This document shows positions 59,121 to 64,000 of a DNA stretch of 64,000 nucleotides, in pieces. A program made the position numbers and the translations under genes. The notes beneath the pieces are model-generated. The model did not search any database, was not told where the DNA came from, and saw only the letters and a list, made by a program, of their open reading frames with translations. Positions within the stretch are counted from its first letter, which is position 1. Each line of letters opens with the position of its first letter. Source of the DNA: an uncultured archaeon. GTDB taxonomy: Archaea; Asgardarchaeota; Lokiarchaeia; Sigyniarchaeales; SOKP01. The stretch lies in NCBI GenBank assembly GCA_964486045.1, contig CAZALK010000003.1, positions 32,001 to 96,000 on the forward strand, given 5' to 3'.

Positions 59121-61520
59121 TTGATTTTAGATAATAGCCTTAAAAGAACCTCGAGATTGAAAAATAATCTCTTGTCTAGTAAATATGAATTATGCATCGA
59201 ACGTTCGAAATTTTTCACCAAAATTTACAAAAAATTCCCTAATGATCCCGAAATCTTAAAGAGAGCTAAGGCTATAGCTCATACTTTAAATTACATGACC
59301 ATTTTTATTAGAGAAGATGAACTACTTGTTGGTAATGAAACCAGTAAAAATTTAGGAGAGAAAATCAACCTCGACTTATACTCCTATGACGGAACTCTAG
59401 ACAAACGCACTAACATTAAAAAATACGGAAGGCGAAAATTACAACCATTTTATATGGAAGAAAATGAAATTGACGATCTCCTAGGATTAATCCCTTTCTG
59501 GAAAGGAAAAGCTCTTTATAGTGATATAATCTCTAAAAGAATTTTAGATGAGAAATTAGTAACAGGAGTAAGTAGAATTGCCCTTGCAACCCCAAATATA
59601 GCTATTACAAATGGAACTAATGAAGGTCATATTTGCGCGGGATATGAAAAACTGCTAAAATTGGGATATAGAGGCATCCTTAAAGAAGCAGAGTCTCATC
59701 AATCAAAGTTAGAATCAGAGGATTTTGATTATCAAGAGAAGTATGATTTCTATGAAGCTGTCAAAATTACCTATACTGCTGCTATTCAATTTTCAAGGAG
59801 ATTCTCAGAGTTTGCATACAAAAAAGCATCTAATATAATAAATGATCAGAGAAGGAAGCAACTCGAGATTATTGGAGAGATGATGGAAAAATTTACTAAA
59901 GATACTCCAAGTTCTTTCTACGAGGCAATCCAATTAATTCTGTTCACCCAGAACATAATCAATATAATTTATCAACGAAGTGTTGTGGCTTTAGGAAGGT
60001 TAGATCAAATTTTGTGGTCATATTACAAGGAAGATTTAGAAAAAAATGTGATCACAAGAGATTTTGCATTAGAACTGATTGAAGAATTAAATTTAAAGCT
60101 AACATGGAATGTAACATTGTTGCCAACAGAATATACTACAGTAGCAAATGCGCTTGGACAAAATACCCAAACAATAACAATTTCGGGTTTAGACAAGAAA
60201 GGAAATGACGCTACAAATGAGATTTCTTATTTATTTCTTGAAGCTTATAAGAACCTTAAAGCCCTTACTACAGATCTCTCTATAAGAATTCACAATAGAA
60301 CTCCAACCAAATTTATAAAAGAAGCATTAAAAGTATTTCGATCTACTTCAGGAATTGCTTTTTACAATGACGAGATAATTATCCCTGCAATGAAAAAAGC
60401 GGGATACATGATGGAAGATGCTATTAACTATGCTATAATTGGATGTGTAGAACCTACGAGCCAGGGTAATACTTTTGCTGCTACAGCTAGAATGTACATG
60501 AACCTACCGGGCGTTTTAGAGCTTACATTAAACAATGGATTTTGTAACTTAACACAACAAATAGGTGGTCTTGAAACAGGAGACCCTAGTAACTTCTTAA
60601 CATATGATGATTTCTACTCAGCTTTTATCAAACAGTTACAGCATAATATTGAGAAATGTGTTAAAGTCGCAGAGATCGGAGATAAAGAGACAGTTAAGTT
60701 TTTCTCCCAACCGTTTGTTTCTGCCATCATTGATGGGTGCATGGAAAAAGGTAAAGATTATACTGCGGGGGGAGCACGATATAATTTCTCCTCAATTACT
60801 GCATTTGGATTTGCAACATTGGTAGATTCAATGTTTAATATTAAAAAGATAGTCTATGAAGAGAAAGTCATGACTTTTCCCGACTTTATTCAAATTTTGA
60901 ATTCTAATTTCAAAGGGCAAGAAGAACTAAGACAAAAATTAATACATAAATATTGTAAATGGGGAAATGATGAAGAAGAAATAGATCGACTTGCAAATGA
61001 ATTGTGGGATTTATTCTGCTCTGAGGTAGTAAAACATAAATGTTTAAGAAATGGTAGATATAATCCGGGAGCATATTCTATGGGAATACACGTTATAGAG
61101 GGAATGTTTACAAAAGCTTCTGCTGACGGGAGAAAAGCTAATCAACCGTTATCAAATAGCCTTTCTCCTGTAAATAATATGGAAAATAATGGCCTTACTG
61201 CCGTTTTAAATTCTATATCAAAGTTGAATTATGAACTGGCTATAAATGGGGTTGCAGTTAATGTGAGATTACATGGACAAAATTTTTCAAGAGAAGAACA
61301 TATTGATAAATTCTGCCATTTGCTCAAATCCTACTTTAAATCAGGAGGGGTTCAACTTCAACCGACAGCAGTATCATCTGAAATTCTTAGAGATGCTCAA
61401 AGCCATCCTGAGAAATATACAGATTTAATTGTAAAGGTTGGAGGATATAATGCAACTTTCGTGGATCTTGGAACCCCGATCCAAAACGATATTATTAACA
61501 GACTAGAACATAACCTTTAA
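59121..61520 (+). CDS. Glycyl radical enzyme (PFL2/dehydratase-like, substrate unknown)
   Basis: GRLDQ, single-Cys GCVEP finger loop, ADGR, LIVKVGGY glycyl-radical loop. Confidence 0.9.
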   Translation: MILDNSLKRTSRLKNNLLSSKYELCIERSKFFTKIYKKFPNDPEILKRAKAIAHTLNYMTIFIREDELLVGNETSKNLGEKINLDLYSYDGTLDKRTNIKKYGRRKLQPFYMEENEIDDLLGLIPFWKGKALYSDIISKRILDEKLVTGVSRIALATPNIAITNGTNEGHICAGYEKLLKLGYRGILKEAESHQSKLESEDFDYQEKYDFYEAVKITYTAAIQFSRRFSEFAYKKASNIINDQRRKQLEIIGEMMEKFTKDTPSSFYEAIQLILFTQNIINIIYQRSVVALGRLDQILWSYYKEDLEKNVITRDFALELIEELNLKLTWNVTLLPTEYTTVANALGQNTQTITISGLDKKGNDATNEISYLFLEAYKNLKALTTDLSIRIHNRTPTKFIKEALKVFRSTSGIAFYNDEIIIPAMKKAGYMMEDAINYAIIGCVEPTSQGNTFAATARMYMNLPGVLELTLNNGFCNLTQQIGGLETGDPSNFLTYDDFYSAFIKQLQHNIEKCVKVAEIGDKETVKFFSQPFVSAIIDGCMEKGKDYTAGGARYNFSSITAFGFATLVDSMFNIKKIVYEEKVMTFPDFIQILNSNFKGQEELRQKLIHKYCKWGNDEEEIDRLANELWDLFCSEVVKHKCLRNGRYNPGAYSMGIHVIEGMFTKASADGRKANQPLSNSLSPVNNMENNGLTAVLNSISKLNYELAINGVAVNVRLHGQNFSREEHIDKFCHLLKSYFKSGGVQLQPTAVSSEILRDAQSHPEKYTDLIVKVGGYNATFVDLGTPIQNDIINRLEHNL

Positions 61521-61593
61521 ATTTTCAAAAGAGTTTAAATCAAAAAAATTGAATTTATATTTAGCAAGATTAGCTAAATAAAATCTTCAAAAT

Positions 61594-62091
61594 TTGCCAA
61601 ACTGTTATTTTTGTAAGGATAAAATGGATGATATACCCTATAGATGTACTTTCTGCGGTATGGTCTTCTGTGGTACCCATCGATTACCTGAAAATCATGA
61701 GTGTCCTTTTGATTTAAAGGGAAAATCTGTGATAATGGATTCATCACAACAATCTCAGGTGTTTTACCAGGATGCTTTAGATTTTATGGATAAAGATTTA
61801 TCGATAGCAAAGATTTACGAGTTTGTAACAACTAATCAGATGAATAATATGGAAGCAACAGAACTTTTAGCTCATTTTTTAGACAATAGTGAGGAGGTCG
61901 ATGTTAGAATAAATGGTATTATGGCTTTCAAAGTTTTAGAGTTAAAAAATAAAGAAGTTTTCAATATTCTCGAGAGCTGTATCCTATCGGATGAAAATCC
62001 AGAAGTAAAAAATGCAGCGTTAGAAGTTATTAAAGATCTTTTTCCAAGGAAGAGTAAAGACATTTTAAATTGGATTAAAAAACATAAATAA
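61594..62091 (+). CDS. AN1-type zinc finger plus HEAT-repeat protein
   Basis: CYFC...PYRCTFCGMVFCGTHRLPENHEC; DENPEVKNAALEVI. Confidence 0.85.
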   Translation: MPNCYFCKDKMDDIPYRCTFCGMVFCGTHRLPENHECPFDLKGKSVIMDSSQQSQVFYQDALDFMDKDLSIAKIYEFVTTNQMNNMEATELLAHFLDNSEEVDVRINGIMAFKVLELKNKEVFNILESCILSDENPEVKNAALEVIKDLFPRKSKDILNWIKKHK

Positions 62092-62183
62092 AAGTCTAAG
62101 CTACAAAAAAATAATCTAGATTTAATGGAAAGAATATAAAACATTCACTCTTTTTATAACTTAAAACCATATAGTGAATTATT

Positions 62184-63011
62184 ATGGATATAACTTACGA
62201 TTTAATGTCTATAACATCTCTAACAGCAGCAAATACTACTGGAAAGGGTCGTGGTAATGCAGGAGGGATAGCATTGCGAAATTTCTGCATTGCCATTGAT
62301 AGTACTATGTATGTTAAGACCGCAGAAATAATGCGTCAGAATTTAGAGAAAAATTTTGATATGCCAGTTAAATACTTAGTAATTACTCACTATCACGGAG
62401 ATCATATATTTGGGATTAAACCGTTTAAGGATGTTTGCGTCCTTAGTAGTGAATTAACTTCAAAAATCATGCTAAATAATGAAACAAAATCTCGATATCA
62501 AGTTTTCATAAAGGATTTGGCAAAAGAAGGACCGATAGGTGAGGATATCGAATATATTGTTCCTAATCTTCTATTTACAGATAAATTATTAATCCAAGAT
62601 GATGATCTGCATATAGAGATTTACCATACAGGAGGCCATACAGCGGGTTCCAGTTTTATTTCCTTCCCTCATGAGAAGGTTATTTTTGCAGGAGATTTGA
62701 TATTTGAGAATACTTTTCCTTATGCAGGTGATCCTACGTGCGACCCTGAACTTCTAATTGATGCTTTAAAGAAAATGCAGGAGATTAATGCACAGATATA
62801 TGTCCCAGGTCATGGACCTATTATGAAAGGAGCTAGTTCATTAGATCGACACATTAAATTTTATAATGAATTTAGAAACATAATTAAAGATGCGATAAGA
62901 GATAAAACAACTGCCGCAAAAGTTTCTGTTCCGGACGTTTTTGGAGAACCTGATGCAGGCCGTAAAAATATGACTGTAACTCATTGGTTAAACTTCTATA
63001 AAAACAAATAA
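62184..63011 (+). CDS. MBL-fold hydrolase (cyclase-like)
   Basis: THYHGDH, GGHT, FAGD, PGHG. Confidence 0.88.
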   Translation: MDITYDLMSITSLTAANTTGKGRGNAGGIALRNFCIAIDSTMYVKTAEIMRQNLEKNFDMPVKYLVITHYHGDHIFGIKPFKDVCVLSSELTSKIMLNNETKSRYQVFIKDLAKEGPIGEDIEYIVPNLLFTDKLLIQDDDLHIEIYHTGGHTAGSSFISFPHEKVIFAGDLIFENTFPYAGDPTCDPELLIDALKKMQEINAQIYVPGHGPIMKGASSLDRHIKFYNEFRNIIKDAIRDKTTAAKVSVPDVFGEPDAGRKNMTVTHWLNFYKNK

Positions 63012-63029
63012 GGAAAAGAAGAAAATTAT

Positions 63030-64000
63030 TTATTCATTAATATTATTTATTTTTTCCCTAATTTCTTCCATTTTTTCCATATTATCATAATCAATATGTC
63101 TAATGTTAGTGAAAAAATAGGGGAATATCGTTATTAAAATTCCAATGAGAGCGCATAGCAGATATAGAAATGATATTCCTATAATCTCACTTAATGTGCC
63201 TGCCAAAATAGCTCCTAAAGGCGAACCAATCATCATTAATGTACTTAATATAGAAGAAACTCTCCCCATTTTATCATGAGGAACTGTAATTTGAACAACC
63301 GTCATTACAATTATGTTTATTACCGGCATAATGAACCCCATTATAAATGCTCCGATACCTATCAGAGGATAAAAACCAATTGGAGCAAGGGCATATATTA
63401 AATAACCAATATTTACTACAATCATTCCGATAAACAAAATTCTCATTTTATTTTTCCATCGTTTCTTAAAAAAAGGGATCAATGCGCCTAAAATCATTCC
63501 TCCCTGCATAATCATTTGGATGATTGCTAACGCAAAGTTATCGCCACCGTGTATATACTTTATAAAAAATGTGGCTAGAACCATTAAAGGTTGCGTCAAC
63601 ATGGTTAATAACATCGCGATCAGCATAATTGTTAGAAGTCCAGGAACATTTTTCATTACTTTAATACCTTCCTTAAAATCTTTGACAAAGGATTTTCTTT
63701 CAACATGATCCTTGCTAATTTGAAGCGGAGGTAATTTTAGAGTTAAAAGAGGAACAAGCGCAATAAAGAAAGTAATTACATCTATCCAGAGAATATATTT
63801 TATTTCAACAAAAAATAATAAAGTTGCCCCCACTCCTGGTCCTATAAATTGTATGATACCTATAAATAAGTATCTTATACCATTGACTTTCCCTAGCTTA
63901 TCTTGTGGAACCATAGATGGTAAAATTGCCATCACTGTTGGTTGATGAAAGGCTTGACATATACTTCGAAACCCAAGGAATATAAATACAAGCCAAACTT
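63030..64000 (-). CDS. MFS transporter (MefA/DHA3-like), 5' end outside the window
   Basis: Multiple TM helices, MVPQDKLGKVNG, VPHDKMGRVSS; frame continues towards the window edge. Confidence 0.85.
   Translation of the reverse strand, partial: VWLVFIFLGFRSICQAFHQPTVMAILPSMVPQDKLGKVNGIRYLFIGIIQFIGPGVGATLLFFVEIKYILWIDVITFFIALVPLLTLKLPPLQISKDHVERKSFVKDFKEGIKVMKNVPGLLTIMLIAMLLTMLTQPLMVLATFFIKYIHGGDNFALAIIQMIMQGGMILGALIPFFKKRWKNKMRILFIGMIVVNIGYLIYALAPIGFYPLIGIGAFIMGFIMPVINIIVMTVVQITVPHDKMGRVSSILSTLMMIGSPLGAILAGTLSEIIGISFLYLLCALIGILITIFPYFFTNIRHIDYDNMEKMEEIREKINNINE

Noticed and set aside
59121-61520. Pyruvate formate-lyase (pflB)
   Set aside because: Lacks the adjacent Cys-Cys pair; has GCVEP instead.
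2445-63708. Short overlapping ORFs in the track (e.g. 2445, 3088, 3502, 10928, 11528, 14753, 15940, 19366, 21467, 23409, 24609, 25259, 27718, 33365, 33794, 37290, 43642, 49473, 51096, 54859, 61872, 63520)
   Set aside because: Antisense or off-frame shadows of well-supported genes with no motifs of their own.
1-64000. CRISPR array, rRNA or tRNA genes
   Set aside because: No regularly spaced repeat-spacer series and no cloverleaf or rRNA-like GC-rich tract seen by eye; the 53194/53374 repeat has only two copies.

Overview
AT-rich archaeal chromosomal DNA, most likely Asgard (Lokiarchaeia-like). This is inferred from roadblock proteins, RING/AN1/B-box zinc fingers, an IPGY-TM C-terminal sorting tail, LRR proteins with the EFWxHCSNLQxW N-terminal domain and frequent TTG/GTG starts. 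A conserved backbone (trmJ, gpmA, RtcB-like, metG, vWA-RING, M20 peptidase, a 1377-aa surface protein, two roadblocks, MBL hydrolases, PfkB, radical SAM, a glycyl-radical enzyme) alternates with variable blocks at about 15.3-18.0, 21.2-28.3 and 34.4-45.8 kb. Four things stand out. (1) Five paralogous 62-104 aa genes share an unannotated IS..IIPFS-IYxGxExIPF-EF motif and lie beside a TFIIB/cyclin-fold gene and an RHH-HTH regulator. (2) Several 5'-truncated large ORFs are each followed by a partner gene, like orphan toxin-immunity modules; one is a GIY-YIG nuclease whose partner carries a copy of the nuclease's own HTH-repeat region. (3) An 11.5-kb integrase-less island is bracketed by two ~84%-identical copies of the M20 peptidase 5' end, and the variable blocks are littered with 60-250 bp scraps of unrelated genes (proS, hdrA, U32, MoaD/ThiS, GNAT, TPR, LRR). 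(4) A dynein-light-chain (DYNLRB)-like roadblock has no ATG/GTG/TTG start. No rRNA, tRNA, CRISPR array, integrase or transposase was recognised. All family assignments are by-eye motif recognition, not database searches.
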